Positions 38,924 to 52,825 are shown, numbered from the whole stretch's first letter. The stretch: 62,713 nucleotides of DNA, filler included, from Choristocarpus tenellus KU-1152 (GCA_964200185.2; 12 parts of 12 records of this genome joined end to end with filler, not necessarily neighbours in it); one strand, 5' to 3'. Made by a program: numbers and translations. Notes: a model not told the origin generated them from the sequence alone.

Positions 38924-40636
38924 TCACCTGAGATCGAACTCTGTATCATGACCCTTTCGATCGATGGCGCCCCTCCACCTGGTGATTATAGGTAATGGAG
39001 GTGAGGCACAAAACAACGCCATGAGTGAGTTAGGAGGGGGATAGATCGTCTGATTGGTCGATTGTTATAATTCATACTGACAGTACCACACCGTACGACT
39101 GGGTCAAGTTTGAATTTGAATTGAGGACTGTTGATAAAAAAGAAAAATTAGGAACTGCTGTGGTTGGGTAGAATTAGGATTAGGATTAGGAGGGGCAGGG
39201 GTAGGGGTAGGGGAGGTAATATGAGGATGGGTTCACTGCGGGACGCTAAAGAAACTACCAAGTCATCTGTCCAAAAACGATAAGCTAGTTTGAATTACAT
39301 ATGACAACAGTTGTATATGCTTTAGTAGCATAGTATACAAACACTAAGTACGATAGCGAAGTGCTCCACAGTGAGCCAGGAGGCACCATAATGTTTAGAG
39401 ACAACACGATTACCTTCCCCCCCTACTATCGCCCTTCAGACACAGGCACACAGTACAACCCCCCCCCTCCCCTCACCACACCCACATATGCACCCCTACA
39501 CACATAGACATAGACAGTAGCAGTTCTATGCAGTATGGTGAGTTGAATATGCTTGCATGCCACGCACCTGAAGACCAACCGCCAGAGACAATCGCGTTCC
39601 TTGCTTAGTGCTTGCAGTTCGTCCATCAACAGTGACTCTATCTCCTCCTGGTTTCAGTTTAAAAAAACCCACACAAGAAGCACGATCATGACAGGGGTGG
39701 GTGGAAAGCGGGCTTTCATTGAGACACCACAGGAGCCAGAGGGCGTAGCAGGTGGTCAGAGGCAGGAAACAGATGGCCTTAGGGAGTGAGAAGCGTTTCT
39801 TCCTTTGAAGGATGGGGGTGGGGTGGGGTGGGGTGGGGTGGGGTGGGGGGGGTGCAGCAGCGAGGCAATACTCTGGGAACACAAACAGATATAACCTCAT
39901 CCTTTAGGCCAGTTTGTCCATGATACACAGCACAGCAGTGATTAAACTGTGTTGACACGCACACAATCACGATCTAATCGCAAGCAGCTGTTCACATCAC
40001 CTTGAGGTTTGTCACCTTGGGGTTTGTCACCTTGAGGTTGGGAAGTGGTAATATAAGGCGGGCAGGGCGATTCAAGTCGCCGCTAAACGGAACCCAACTT
40101 AAGTTTCACCATCTCGTGGATGTAAGGATCACCTTCCCCATTTTCCCAAGTAACCCACCATGAGCATCTATGACAAAAAGATCAGTAAAGATTGCGTCCC
40201 TTCTACAGCAGCCATTCCTCCCACAAAAAGGTAAATGTACAGATTATCCCCCCCCCGACTCATACCTACAAGGAAGTACCTGTGCTTCCACCATTCCCGA
40301 AAGGGCCATGATCTTTGACCTGGCCACCTCTGCCTGAGTTTTCATCTTCTCTTCAGCCCTCCGTACACGTTCCTGCTGATCCTTGCTCCCCACATCTATC
40401 GCCTCCTTGGAACCTCCAGGCTTTTCGCTACACCCACGATTCTCCTCCGCCTCCCCTAATCCTGACTCTTGTTTCAGTTTGGGCCCAGACCCCTGTGCCT
40501 GTGCTGGTCCTGAACCTGGCACTAATCCTGGCTCCACTCCTGATTCCTCTCTCACCCTCACCCTCTGGTCCCCTACCTGCTCGTGTGTTGCTGTTCGGTC
40601 TTCTACTTCGATCTGATTGGCGGAACTATCTTTCAT
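38924..40636 (-). CDS. 3' exons of a hypothetical coiled-coil protein: 40636-40280, 39647-39568, 38978-38924
   Basis: Phase-consistent GT-AG joins give ...QQERVRRAEEKMKTQAEVARSKIMALSGMVEAQ-EEIESLLMDELQALSKERDCLWRLVFR-WRGAIDRKGHDTEFDLR*. No family recognised. Confidence 0.6.
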
Positions 40637-41222
40637 CTGTGAAAGGTGGATTTGGGGAGGGGGGGGAGTACAGTGGGTTTGTGAAACACACCTGTGGGGA
40701 TGGATGGGTCATTTACGGTCTCTTTCTCTCCTTGAAACAGTTCCTATTTAATATGTGCAAAAATGATTCCACTTCCCTCTTCCAAAAACAAAACAAAAAA
40801 AAGAATGGTAATGAGGTAATAGGATTTGAATTTCGTTACAACAGAAAACGTGTAAGTTTTTCATAGTTCGACACCTCCCAAAGGTTTTGACAAACGGATT
40901 GTCCAAAAAGACCTGTTCAGTCCATGTTGGGGCTCAGACCGGCCTGGGACCAGACCTTTTCAGTCCACAGACAGGATCAAAAAGGACTGTGATGGTCCTG
41001 GACTGACCTCTTGTCAAAATACGTTGCTCTCTTGTACGGAGTATCATGGCGGTAATGTTTATTCCTGTTTAAAAAAACAAAACATATTTTTTGCATGAAA
41101 GATCTAAATATTTCAGAAAACCTCTTCTCCTGCCACTCCCCCCCCCCTCCCCCCCTAATTACAGTGTACAACATGAAAAATAAATAAAAAAAAAAAAAAA
41201 AAAAAGAGAGCTGAAAACTAGA

Positions 41223-41322
41223 NNNNNNNNNNNNNNNNNNNNNNNNNNNNNNNNNNNNNNNNNNNNTTAATTAATTAANNNNNNNNNNNNNNNNNNNNNN
41301 NNNNNNNNNNNNNNNNNNNNNN
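41223..41322. other. Artificial contig linker
   Basis: N44-TTAATTAATTAA-N44. Confidence 0.98.
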
Positions 41323-41384
41323 CGTACATATTTATTGTGTAATACAATATGTAGTGTACCATACATATAAGCATATCAAAACCG

Positions 41385-41630
41385 TTACCGGCTCCCCCCA
41401 CGGGGGGCCCTTCTGTCTTTGTACCTTTGACTTGGTCGCTTCCGAATCGTAGCAGTGCCCTCCACAAGCACCGAAATATTTTTGAACAAAAATATCCCAT
41501 TCAAAAAGGGGCCCTTAAAACGTGCCGCAACATTTATTAAAAAAAAAACATACGGGCACTTTCCGCTCACCATTTTGGGTCAAACCCATCCTCCATAGTA
41601 TGATCCATCCTCAATTTCGCTGAGGCTGTT
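41385..41630 (-). repeat. Dispersed repeat family C (less decayed copy)
   Basis: Reverse complement matches 29744-29878; both give the same spurious ORF peptide FLINV.ARFKGPFLNG. Confidence 0.85.
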
Positions 41631-44600
41631 TGATGTACAAGAATCTTATTATTGACATATTTTCAAATGGTACTTAAATACGCACTACACATTGGTATAA
41701 TAGATTACCCTTAAACTTCAGATACTGTAAATAATGAACTTACTAAATATGCCACACTACTGCATGACCATAATCATTTTTTACGTTTGAGAGTTCCAAG
41801 ACATGTCAAAATGACAACAGAATACAGTAACAGTCCTTCAGAAATCGGAAAGTACTACAGAAGAAAAAGAGAGCACAAAGGAAGAGAATAATAGAATTTT
41901 TGACATCGTAAACAAAAAAACACAATTTTGTTATGTTGTGGAACTGGTTACATAGTAACTATGATTTTGATTTATATGCATGGACAAGATGCAAGAAGCC
42001 TGTCAAACCAAGAGTTGGCAATAGCCACAGACAAGGCCAATCTACAATCCAGGGTTCAAAAAGAAAAGTATACAATACAATCAATAAAGGTCATGGTGCG
42101 TGCAGAATGGCAATAGACAAACCCTGTCTGTAACGTACGTTTGTTAACAGAATGAGCTATAGATGTAGCAACGATCATCAAGAAGCACCCTATGCAAACA
42201 ATGAACACATATTAGAGTCAGGCACACCTGCCGTGTGTAGTATATGTATGAAGGTCAATCCTCCTATGACAAAACACATACCTCACGAATCTTGAACGAA
42301 CAAACCCTTGTAATCTCAACTTGAAGGTTCCCAACATGCACAGAACTATGGCAGTGATGATACTATTGGGGGAAAGGCATACTCAAAAGCTATAATCTAA
42401 ATCATCATACTTCAAAACTGAAATTTGCAACCATATGACGTAGAAACATTGACTTGGGCGACAAGATATAGTCGCATCTATTGCTGCCAGTTCCATCGTC
42501 AACCCTTGAGCAACGTGTGCAACATGGGAACTTACGTCAAAGCCTGGAAAGAAAAAGGTCTTATCTTAACGGGATTTTGAGTTTGTGAGTTGAGGAAATG
42601 AGGAGTAACCTGTCAGACTTCGGAAGGCAAAATATGTAATGATTGATCAAACCAATATCTATGGTTTTCTCGTACACCAATGACAGTCACCCCACCATAA
42701 AAAACGTTATACTTCTCCTTCCGAATGCTGAGTGTTGTCCTTTCTAACATCCACAGCTTGCAAAAAACAAGACCCTGTTGAGACAAGGCAAACTTGAAGC
42801 CATCTATTCAGTAGTAGAGAGAGGAAATGCTTCAAACAGAAGGTCACAAGCATCACCATGTAACTCTTACAGCCAGTGACCACAAAAGTGCCAAGTCCTA
42901 CGTGCCAGATGAACAAGAACCCCTCTTCACAGGTAAAAAAAAGGTAAAATGTCACACTATTTTGCATCTTACATCACTATCACACACAGTGTGGATATTA
43001 CATATTGTGTAAACGGGCGTTCTTACTACCCCACATGAGTTCACTCTATATTCAACCCTCCTGGAAGTGTATTTGAGCATGCTGATTGGTTGACTTTCCT
43101 CGTCAACCACTCACAGCGTCTGTGTACCACAAATTTCTGTCATCTTATTTTTAATCATTACCTTGTGCTTCCCAACCAACATCTTACTCCCCATTCATCA
43201 TGGACATCTCTCCAGAACTTAAGGCAAATAAGCAAGATATTCAAACCTCATGCATCAATCAACATGGGGACCTAGCTGTGCCTACAGGCATATCACACAA
43301 GCATAACTAAAACGCACCTGTGGTCTGAACAAAGCATGTTCTGTACATGTAGCAACATACAACTTGGCAGGAAAGATAAGCTGATGAGGAACAAGAAATA
43401 CCTGCAGTCAGCAGGTTGTATGAGGACACGCAAACATAAGCCTACCTTGTACCTACCTGAGCCAAAGCACGTGGTTCTTCTGGGGCCACTAGCAAACTCC
43501 CCTGTATCAAATTCACAGCAAGAAGGGTAAGTGGGAGCAAGCAAGGTGGGGAGGTGACTCTAGCATCAGATTTCAACAACCAAACGAAATGAACAACCCT
43601 AATAGCGATGGCCATATTCACCCATTCTCATCACCTTCCCGTTGTCAATCTTACAATTATCCAGCTCCTCCACTCAAAGGCTTCGCCTGACCCCCCTAAA
43701 CGCCAGGCTAAACGCTTCCGGAACCCAAGAATGGATGAATTACATCACACAAATCCTTTATACTGGAACGAAGAGTGTACACTCCAACACAATGAAATAC
43801 AGGCACAAGGCGGCACACCAACATGCTTCTGCTGTGGCGCTCCTTCAAAGCCTCATTTCGGAAGTGCATCTCTCCACAGATACATAACACACAAAATATA
43901 CACGCACGAAGCTCCCTTGCCTTGAGAATAACAAACACACCAATACATAAGAAATCCAGTCATCACAAACTGCTATGACGTGTGGATTCAAAACAATAGT
44001 ATTCAAATAACCACCTTACACAGACAGTCAAGAGTATGAGGGCCACAGTTTGCTTCACTTCACATCACTCCACAACACACGCAAATACACTTCACTGTCT
44101 GTAAAATGCTCAACAACAAAAAATTATGAATAAGGATAGCCCCAAGGGACACGTAACAATCATTTCCTCCCTAAAGGAGCATCTGGAACTCAGGTAACCT
44201 ACTTATGGTAAGCCCATACTAACTCAGAGGTGCAGAGGTGTAAGATCAGAGTGTGACAGGTGGCGCAGAGCAGGGTGCCGAGCTACATTGAGCCGTGCAC
44301 TGCTGCACCCATGAAATCATAACTACTATTCTAAAATCCCACCTTAAAACATGATGGAGCCTGATCCAGAAGGCAAGAGGAGATTGAGTGAAGAGGCTGG
44401 AAGTGCAAGTCGCCCCCCACCCATCATACCTCTTTCACCAACCAGAGCACAACAGAATAGAAGCAGAACCAATGCATACCAAAGTCACAAAGGACCCTCC
44501 CACCGGCTCTAGAGTGGTTAGAGTGGTTGGTACCTCATGATCGCCAAACACAGGCAAGTGATCACCATACCATGAACTACGGCCTGTTCCATTAGGAACA

Positions 44601-45225
44601 TGCACATTCCTGGCAACCACACAAATGACTCAGCATTCAGTCAACAAACTCACACACCGGCAACTCATCCTCGGGCATATTCCAAACTCCTTAAGAGGAG
44701 TTTGGACAGGGGCTGAGGATTTCATTCCACCAGGCAAGCCTGTTTGTCCCTGCCCCTCCCTGTATTTTGAACACATCTAGTGTGATCTGCCCACCCACCA
44801 AAATGAGGGCCAGTCGTGTGCGAAACTCGGAATAGACTCTTAAGGTCTCTAGTTGTAGCAAGTCTACAATACTTTGTAAACCAGTACACCACACCCTCTA
44901 TCAATCAAGCAAGAGCACACGTGGGTAAGGATGAGGTCAGAAAGGGAGAAGGGAAGTGCAATCCTCCACCAAAAAGACCTTCATGCCAAACAAAATAACC
45001 AGAGCCCAGTTCCACTTCAGTTTAGGTACACAGCACAGGCTGGGATCCGACTTGGGGTGGAATAAACCTCAAGTCCATCGCACCACAACACAGCACTAGA
45101 CATACAACAGCCTGTCAGGTTTCTAACAAAGTGGTACCAGGAAACTCTTCACGGGGGGAAAGGGGGGCAGGGCAGGGCGGTGGTGCAATGCTCCTTTCTT
45201 CCAACCCCACACCCTCCATCAGAAT

Positions 45226-47649
45226 TCACAGCCTCACATGTGGTATATCATCCACGGTCTCCCCCTTCCCCATCATACGTTCCGCAAATCCCTTTGGGAA
45301 GACCTTGTGCCGGTGATCATACAACACCACGTAGCACTTACGAACCAACTTCTCAGACGTCGACGCTGCTGAGACTACTTCCTCTATTGGTGGCAAGCCC
45401 CCAACCACCACCCCCGGACGATTTATCGCTACACACACTAGAAAAACTGCAGCCCCAGCCACGCCCTGTGGCTGCATACCCCCCACCAGATCTAGCTCGC
45501 TTGCAGCTCGAGCCAACTCCTTCGCAATTTGGGTGACCTCATGGTGAAGTCCAAGTGAAGAACATATTCGGGGGATGATATGCTCAGCCCGAACTGTTCC
45601 TCTATCCACCCTTAGATTCCTCTCCAAGTGCTGTGTCGGTACATACACCAATGCGTGTGGTTGGGATGGTTCAGGTACGGTACTTCAACATGTAAATGGC
45701 AAGCAATAATAGACTTTGTAGTTGTAACAGGACGTGAAAGGCAATTGGACAGGTATAGAATTCTGGACGGGTTGAAGCGCCCTGCTAATAATTGTCTTAC
45801 CATTGCTGCAACAAAAAGGTACGATGTAGGCACAGTTGATGCTAAAAGGGCAGAGGACTGATGCTTGTTAGATACATGATATATACAATCATCCGAAACA
45901 AACCTCATAATTTCCACACTGTTGAAGTAGGGGGAAGGACCTCTTCTGAAAACATACCCTGGCGATTAACCCCCTACTAAAATTCCAAACCTGTCCTGTC
46001 TGCTGTACTTATGACTATACAACATGGAACTGATCCTCTCCCTGGATCTAGGATCCATACCTCCTCAATAATTCTCACCTTGAAAGACTTGGTAAGATCC
46101 TTTTTGGTAACCCCTGCAGCTGGAGCCACCTCCACCAGGGTCCTAGATACACCTTGCTGCCTGCAGGCAAGGTACATGACTGCACCACACATTGCATCCC
46201 CTCTGGTGCCCCTTTTTGACTGAAATAGGCCCTCATCCTCAACCTTTTTTAGGAGCAGGCATGCACATTCCTACAAGGTCATGAAAGGACAAGCGCGGGG
46301 AAGGGGTGAATTCTTAGTCACATATGCACACTTCAAGTCCAGACAAACGGTGGAGAGAAGAGATTAAAACCAGTACCTGAGGAAAAATGTAGAAAGGTTG
46401 TTGGGAACAGAAGAAATGATCTTAGTCATAGAAATATAATATTTGGTATGCTGGCAACAGCGCATAGTATATGTACAAAAAATGACCACACGATGAGGCA
46501 GGACTAAAAACTTGTTTATCCATTATCTCCCACACTATTGGCCCCACCAACTCACCGCTACTGACCCAGGCAGACCTAGGTTGTGCGCTATTTCTCGTAC
46601 TCTCCCATAGCATTCCAGTAGAGCCTTTTCAGCTGCCGAGGTAGGTATCGCCTTGCTCTGCGTCTTCTGGAGACGACCCAATTCGATCTTGTTGGACCCA
46701 CCTTGTATCGTTGTTCCCATCCCCTTATCCGCCACCAGATCACTCACCGGCCCACCTGCCAAAAAGGTATCAGTAACAGGGGGAAAGGAAGGTATAATAT
46801 GTGTGATGAGTTGAGGGAATCGTCTGGGACTGTAATGCGGATGCAAATCCAGTCTTGAGTCTAGCATCCTCGTCCACATAAAGGAATCGAGAGTTGGAAA
46901 GAGTGGGAATCTAAATCCAAAAAGGGAGAACGGAAACTATCAGTGTCACATAGGTAGCATCACTAGTGGAGGAGTCAACGGCAGAGTGGTCAATGATATC
47001 CTTGAACCCATGACTAGATGACACCAAATGGGAAAATTCACAATGCCTTCACTTGAAAATCTGCACTATGAATCAATCCGTGGGCCCATCACATTCCGAT
47101 GAGGGCAAGCTAGGGGTACAAAATGTGATGTGTACACACCTACACGGTTGGGGTCTCCCCGATTGGTGTACTGCGACTCTTCCGCGTTGAATGTTCTCCA
47201 TTCGGCTCCGTCGTCAATTATCCTATCCCCCAGTACGATCCCGCAACCCCGGCATACGACATCTCCAGCACGAAAATCTGGACGTAGGGAGAACAGTAGT
47301 AAATGTAGAGATGGTCAAAAGACTGCTTTATTTGGTCTTTCATTGTGCATAGTTTGACTTGATACAAAGTGAAAGCAGTTCTTGTGTAGCAAGGCAAGAG
47401 TTTCCTTGACCAAGGAGGAAGAATTTATATATACCAATTATAACAACGACAGGGATGCAAGGAGGATAGTATGTTCCTCATGAATGATCCAACTCAACCT
47501 ATCAACTTGCTGTCTTTACCCACGCATGCACGTGATTGACTGTTGGAGATTGGAAGTTTGTCATTTGAGGAAGTCCTTGTAGTCAAATCCACACCTGTTA
47601 CGATGTCTTCGCTCTTGCACTCTGGACATATCTTTGCCTCTTCCAACAT
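45226..47649 (-). CDS. TFIIB: Transcription initiation factor IIB, complete; exons 47649-47595, 47277-47140, 46755-46556, 46270-46079, 45630-45226 (990 nt, 329 aa)
   Basis: Zn ribbon CPEC...DFRAGDVVCRGCGIVLGDRIID, B-finger EWRTF...DPNRVGG, and two cyclin repeats (YLACRQQGVSRTL; IPRICSSLGL...P.GVAGAAVFL). All four introns are GT-AG and in phase. Confidence 0.95.
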
Positions 47650-48083
47650 GCTATTTTCAACCAATCTGACACTGCTGGTGAAGTTTGCCTTCCGCCCCGC
47701 CTGATACGTCTTACCCTCCAAACGATCCGCAGATAAAAGAAAATTGTGGTCTTTCAGAAGCAGCGAAATCTCAACCCGTTCTACAACCACGACCAGCTCA
47801 AGAACAACACTACCCTCAGAATGCAGTCTGTATCTGCCAACCTACCCCACAACAACGTGAGAGTAGGTGGTGGTTAGGTTTGCACCGTTCACCTCACCCT
47901 CACCAAAGAACACACACACCAAAAAGTTTTGTTTTTCTTAGATAACAATCTTGTATCAATCTACCAACCATTCCATGCAACAACATGGATGGCGTTATGC
48001 GAAAAGATCTCTAACCCTAAAATCAAATTTACAACTTGACCTAAAACGAAGCTCCACAACCCTAAGAAAATCTGTACAACTAG
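47650..48083. promoter_or_regulatory. Probable bidirectional promoter between TFIIB and FAN1 (434 bp between ATGs)
   Basis: Divergent start codons at 47649 (-) and 48084 (+) on the same contig. Confidence 0.6.
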
Positions 48084-50687
48084 ATGGACAATTGGGCACA
48101 CCACCCAGCTAGGCCACCTAAGGATCTCTACACTCAGCTCACACCATGGTTTCCCCAGTCACGTGCAATTAACGATCGCAAACGCCCCCTTGTAGTCGAC
48201 CTTACGGGAGATGAAAATCATGAAGTCAGACCTGGCAAACAATCATGTCCATCCCCACCTCCCGCCCAACTTACTCAGAAGGATGACGGCCATGAAATAG
48301 CTCGTTCAGCCTACCTACGCCACTTTGAGGATGCTCTGAACACTGTGATGCGTGCCAGGAGCGATTATGCAGACCTCTTCACACCCTTGGAACACCAGAT
48401 TGCACACAGGTTCGATCGATTGAGTGAGAGTGCAAAGGCCCTTTACGTGCGACTCTTTCAGCGTAGGGGGCCCTGGATCCGTGTCGATAGTATGCTAGGC
48501 TATGCTGAGGTGGGATCAGCAACACCACCCCGGTTTCGACCAAAGACCGATGTGGACGATGGCGTAGCTCCTCTGAGAGAATGTCCACCAAGACCACAAT
48601 GTGACAATGAGGAACGACGGTATAGTTCAAGAAAGCAAGAAAATGAAGTTGAAGGACTAACAAGACGGTCAACATCCCAGGAATCGGCGAAACTTTACTT
48701 CGAAATGCAGGTAGCTTTGAGAGAGCTCGTGGAAGTGGGCTTCCTTGAGGCACTGCCCGAGGATGTAAGAGGACAAGGCACTGACTTCAACACTACCTTG
48801 GAGGCCGTGGAGTGCTGCCTAAGAGTAGGTGAGCTTAAGGTCTTGCTCAAAAGTTGCGTTGGTGCTAAAGCTAAAAGAAAGTCGAGCATCACAGCACCCA
48901 AGGGAGAAAAACGACTGACCTTGAATGAGGGCAGGACACAAGGTGGTCGACAAGACATGATACAGGACCTACGAAGAATGCTAACTGGCCAACGCACGCT
49001 GTGGGGTGCGCGACTTCCACTGCAAGGGGAGATTGCTCGAGTCCTTGATGAGTCGCTGGTGCTGGCAGGCATTGACTTGAGCTGTGAAAACGCTGGTAAA
49101 TTACAGATGCGCCAACACCGCTTGGTTCGTGTGTCCTGGGATCCTTGTTCAGTTTTTCGCCGTGTCCTGCGCCTACTCTATCTGACCTGCAACACGGAAG
49201 CCCTAAGCAGCGGACGGGGCATACCACCAGTATCGGCGGAGCCCAATGCACCCCCGCCACCTACGTGGTCTCCTGGGCTGGCAGTTGCATTCGGAAAGGC
49301 GAAGTATGCTCGTTATGAATGTGACATTCGAACCAAGGCATTCAGGACCGGGGGTCGTGAAGAGTTCCTCTCTTGGGAGGCAGCAGTAGAGCTGTGTTAT
49401 GCTATGGGCAAATCCATTGAAGAACACCTCCAGAAAGGAAGGGTCATTCCTGTCAAGACTGAGCTCAAACGACCCAAACATAGAGCAAAGAGTGAGGCCG
49501 TTGGAGACAGCTTCACAAATCCTGTAGTGAAATCCCACCGTGGTGTTGAGGCTGAAGGAGCTCACGCTAGTAATAATACTCCATCAGAAAGTGTTAACAC
49601 AGAGGACTTATCGGAGGAGGTGAGGTCATCCCTGGATACCCTGAGCAGTGCCATTGGTCGATTTCTGCTTCTACCTAAGACTTCTGTTGTTGACCAGAAG
49701 CATCCGCAACAAGAGTCATGCCTTCCACGCTCCTTGACCCTGCTCGGCCCAGAAGCCCCACAACAAGCCCTGAGACTAGATATGCTTTCAGGGTTAAGAA
49801 TGACAGGGGGTAGAGCAGGCGTGGAGGTCTCTTCAGCTGCTGCAGCCATTGCCGTGGCCTGTTCCCACTGCTTACACGCTTACTGTGGGACCCAGGAGTT
49901 ACCACCGCTGCATTGGCCATCCCTCGAGGCTGTCAGAGCAAACAATGGCATCAGTGGGAAGTGGGATGAGAAGGAGATTTGGGATGCACTCCATGTCTAC
50001 ATGCAGGGGAAGGCCTGTGAGATGACACTGTGTACAGGCGGAACAGGCACAAGAATGAGAGTGGATGCAATGAACAATGCAGGTCTACCCACTGGTATGC
50101 ATGCTCAAGGAATGGATTGGCTCCAGGAGCAATGAATTGTGACCCTTTCATCTTTCTTTCTGTACCTTACACAATAGGAGTGCCCATTGCCACCATCACT
50201 GACTCTGCTAACAGTGGAACCAAGATACCCCTTCAGATGTAGGAATAAGGTTGGGACTAGGAGCATCTAATGAAGAGGCCACACAAGCCACTGCCCCCCC
50301 TCCCTCTCTGCCAGCACCTCTGTATGCCTTGTCTGCACCCTCTGGTCGCCCTAATTTTTTGTGTCCCTGTTGATTGAGTCATTTCTATTGTACCAGACCA
50401 ACTCTCTAAAATTTGCCGCCCCGGCTCTCTCATTGTCTTCAGCAAGCAGATGTTCACCCAATGAGGGTCTCACTTCACCACCCATTGACAACACCCTCCA
50501 TGATGCTTCCAGCATCAGAATCGCTTCTCGGCGTAAAAGAAGGCGATGGCGACACCCCTGAGTTTCTGCTCCAGCTGGACGCAGGGTGGGTTCTGGCATC
50601 AGCGGTATGGGAAGGCGTTGGCCTTTTGGAGCGGGAACGGAGGTATGAGGTTGCCGTTTCACTTCTCGCACAACTGTTGGGTACGAG
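48084..50687 (+). CDS. FAN1: Fanconi-associated nuclease 1 (FAN1/MTMR15), 5' part: exon ~48084-50094 and exon 50513-50687; VRR-NUC domain lies beyond this contig
   Basis: YLRHFEDALNTVM...LFT..E......F..LSESAKALYVRLFQRRGPWIR matches the FAN1 N-terminal winged-helix region. The second exon EFLLQLDAGWVLASAVWEGVGLLERERRYEVAVSLLAQLL matches the TPR region. A phase-1 donor G|GTATGC at 50094 fits the acceptor at 50513 (donor position inferred). Confidence 0.88.
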
Positions 50688-51522
50688 GTGAGTGCCCTGA
50701 GAAAATTAAAAACGAAATTTATACTACTAGTAAGTATTAACAAAATATCAAGTGAATATCAGATGTGAGTGGGGTAAGATGTCTATAATGCAAATGCGCT
50801 CGAGGTCGCCCCTAAAACTTATGCAAAGTGTAGGCTCTGAGAGCGCCCTGTACTGTCAGCAGATACAATAGAGCCGGTGAGCCAATGAGAAGATCTTATC
50901 GTTATGATTGTTGTTATTGGTATTGTTATCGTTATTGATATTATTATTATTATTATTATCATCATGGTCATTGTTACCGTTATCGTAATTGATATATATA
51001 TATATTTTTAATGTTGATACTATTTTTATCATTATTGTTATTAATATCATTATCGTTAATGTTATCGATACATGTTGCTTTTATTGTTATTTTCATTGTT
51101 GATATTAATTTTTTGCCATTGCTATCATCACTCTTATTATTATTCTTGATAATATTATTATTTTATTTTTATTACTGTTATTAGTATTATCGTTATCCTC
51201 CTGAAAAAGATAGTCCAAAGTGGTCCTCCTGTGTTGAAATTTAGAGCCAATGACTCTGCATGCATGTTTCACAGCTAACTGTAGTCCTCCCAAGTAAGAT
51301 GAACTCCTGCACACACTTTGAAGGTAACATAATAGCCAGATGTGTGCATGCTCTTTCTTTGATGAGACACGATGGTTTCAGCCTCAAATCGCAGTGCTGT
51401 CGCTTGTTCTGGTGTTGTAGGCAAACAGTGGCCTTTTGCACTCGCCTTTTCTTTTTATGCCACCGTACAAAATTGAATAACACATTTCTTTTTTTCGTGT
51501 TTCCCTCCCTCCCCTCCCCCCC

Positions 51523-51622
51523 NNNNNNNNNNNNNNNNNNNNNNNNNNNNNNNNNNNNNNNNNNNNTTAATTAATTAANNNNNNNNNNNNNNNNNNNNNN
51601 NNNNNNNNNNNNNNNNNNNNNN
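51523..51622. other. Artificial contig linker
   Basis: N44-TTAATTAATTAA-N44. Confidence 0.98.
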
Positions 51623-51958
51623 GGGGGGGGGAAGCAAGAGCAAGAGGGCGGGCAGGTGAGACAGGGTACGAGGAGAGATAGGGTGGGACCGAGCACAGCA
51701 CTAGGAAAAACAAACATGAATTAATCCTCACTAATGTCCATTGTTCTGGACAAATGGTTGGGGTTATTCCCGCCAGCAGTGCCCCGTTGTACAGACAACA
51801 CTTCACTGGGTACAATGACAAAACATTCAAGATACACACCGTGGCGGAGGCGTGTGCATATTTTCTGAGGAGGCGTGTACGACGCAAGAATTCCCAACAT
51901 CCGCAACGGCCTCTTTCGCTCCTTTTTTTTACAGAAGCACATGCCGAGGGTTCAAACG

Positions 51959-51992
<34 letters not shown>

Positions 51993-52770
51993 ACTTAATA
52001 GAACGGAATCGAATCGAACTGTAGAAGCACAAGACGGCGCTCGCTAAACGCGCGTAGGTCGCCGAGGGGCGCGCGCGCGCGCGGCTGTTGTGAGGCAAAT
52101 ACTGCAAAGCCTCGACGGGTCTCGGCAGGCAGATCCGAACCAATGAACAGTGAAAGGTGTAGGTGTAGAGATAGTAGTGGGGTAGTTAGTGATCGCGCAC
52201 ACCCCGTGACCAACACATTTTTTTTTCTTCTTTTTGTTCTTCTTCTGAAAACTAAGGGTCGGTCAGTGCTCGCACTTCGCGCGTCCGCTCGCACCGTGAC
52301 CAAAAATAAAAATAACTGAAGCCATAACTGAAACCTTACCTACCTCTAATCAAACATCATACTCGACGACGAATTGAACTGCCGCCCCCCATTCACGGCA
52401 CCGGTTACTTGCATTTTTTTTTTTCTTCTCATGACTGGTGAGGGTCCTCTCCCACACCTGACCTACATCTGCACCTCTTTGCGGAGCCACTGTGCTGACA
52501 GGACACTGCCAATCGAGGCAATGTTCACCGATTCCTTTCCAGGACAGAATTCAACATAGCATTTGGCTCAAGAAAGGGCAGGCACAGGCCGGGCACGACT
52601 GAGAACACCTGCTCAGCTTACCACGTATATATATATATATATATATACTACATATGCATCCAGGTTACAGACACCAAGTTGAAAGCAAAGTCAAAGAGGA
52701 GAAAAAATATATGTTGAATGCAACCCTAACCCTAAGCCATCCAGCACAAGAGAGCGGTATAGTTATCTCC

Positions 52771-52825
52771 AACCCCAACCCTAACCCTAACCCTAACCCT
52801 AACCCTAACCCTAACCCTAACCCTA
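52771..52825. repeat. Interstitial telomere-like microsatellite (CCCTAA)n
   Basis: About 8 tandem CCCTAA units. Shorter degenerate tracts at ~3826-3870, ~23638-23660 and ~24697-24735. Confidence 0.9.

Noticed and set aside
48379-49920. Antisense ORFs overlapping FAN1, and similar shadows over other exons
   Set aside because: Shadow ORFs of GC-richer coding sequence with no independent motifs.
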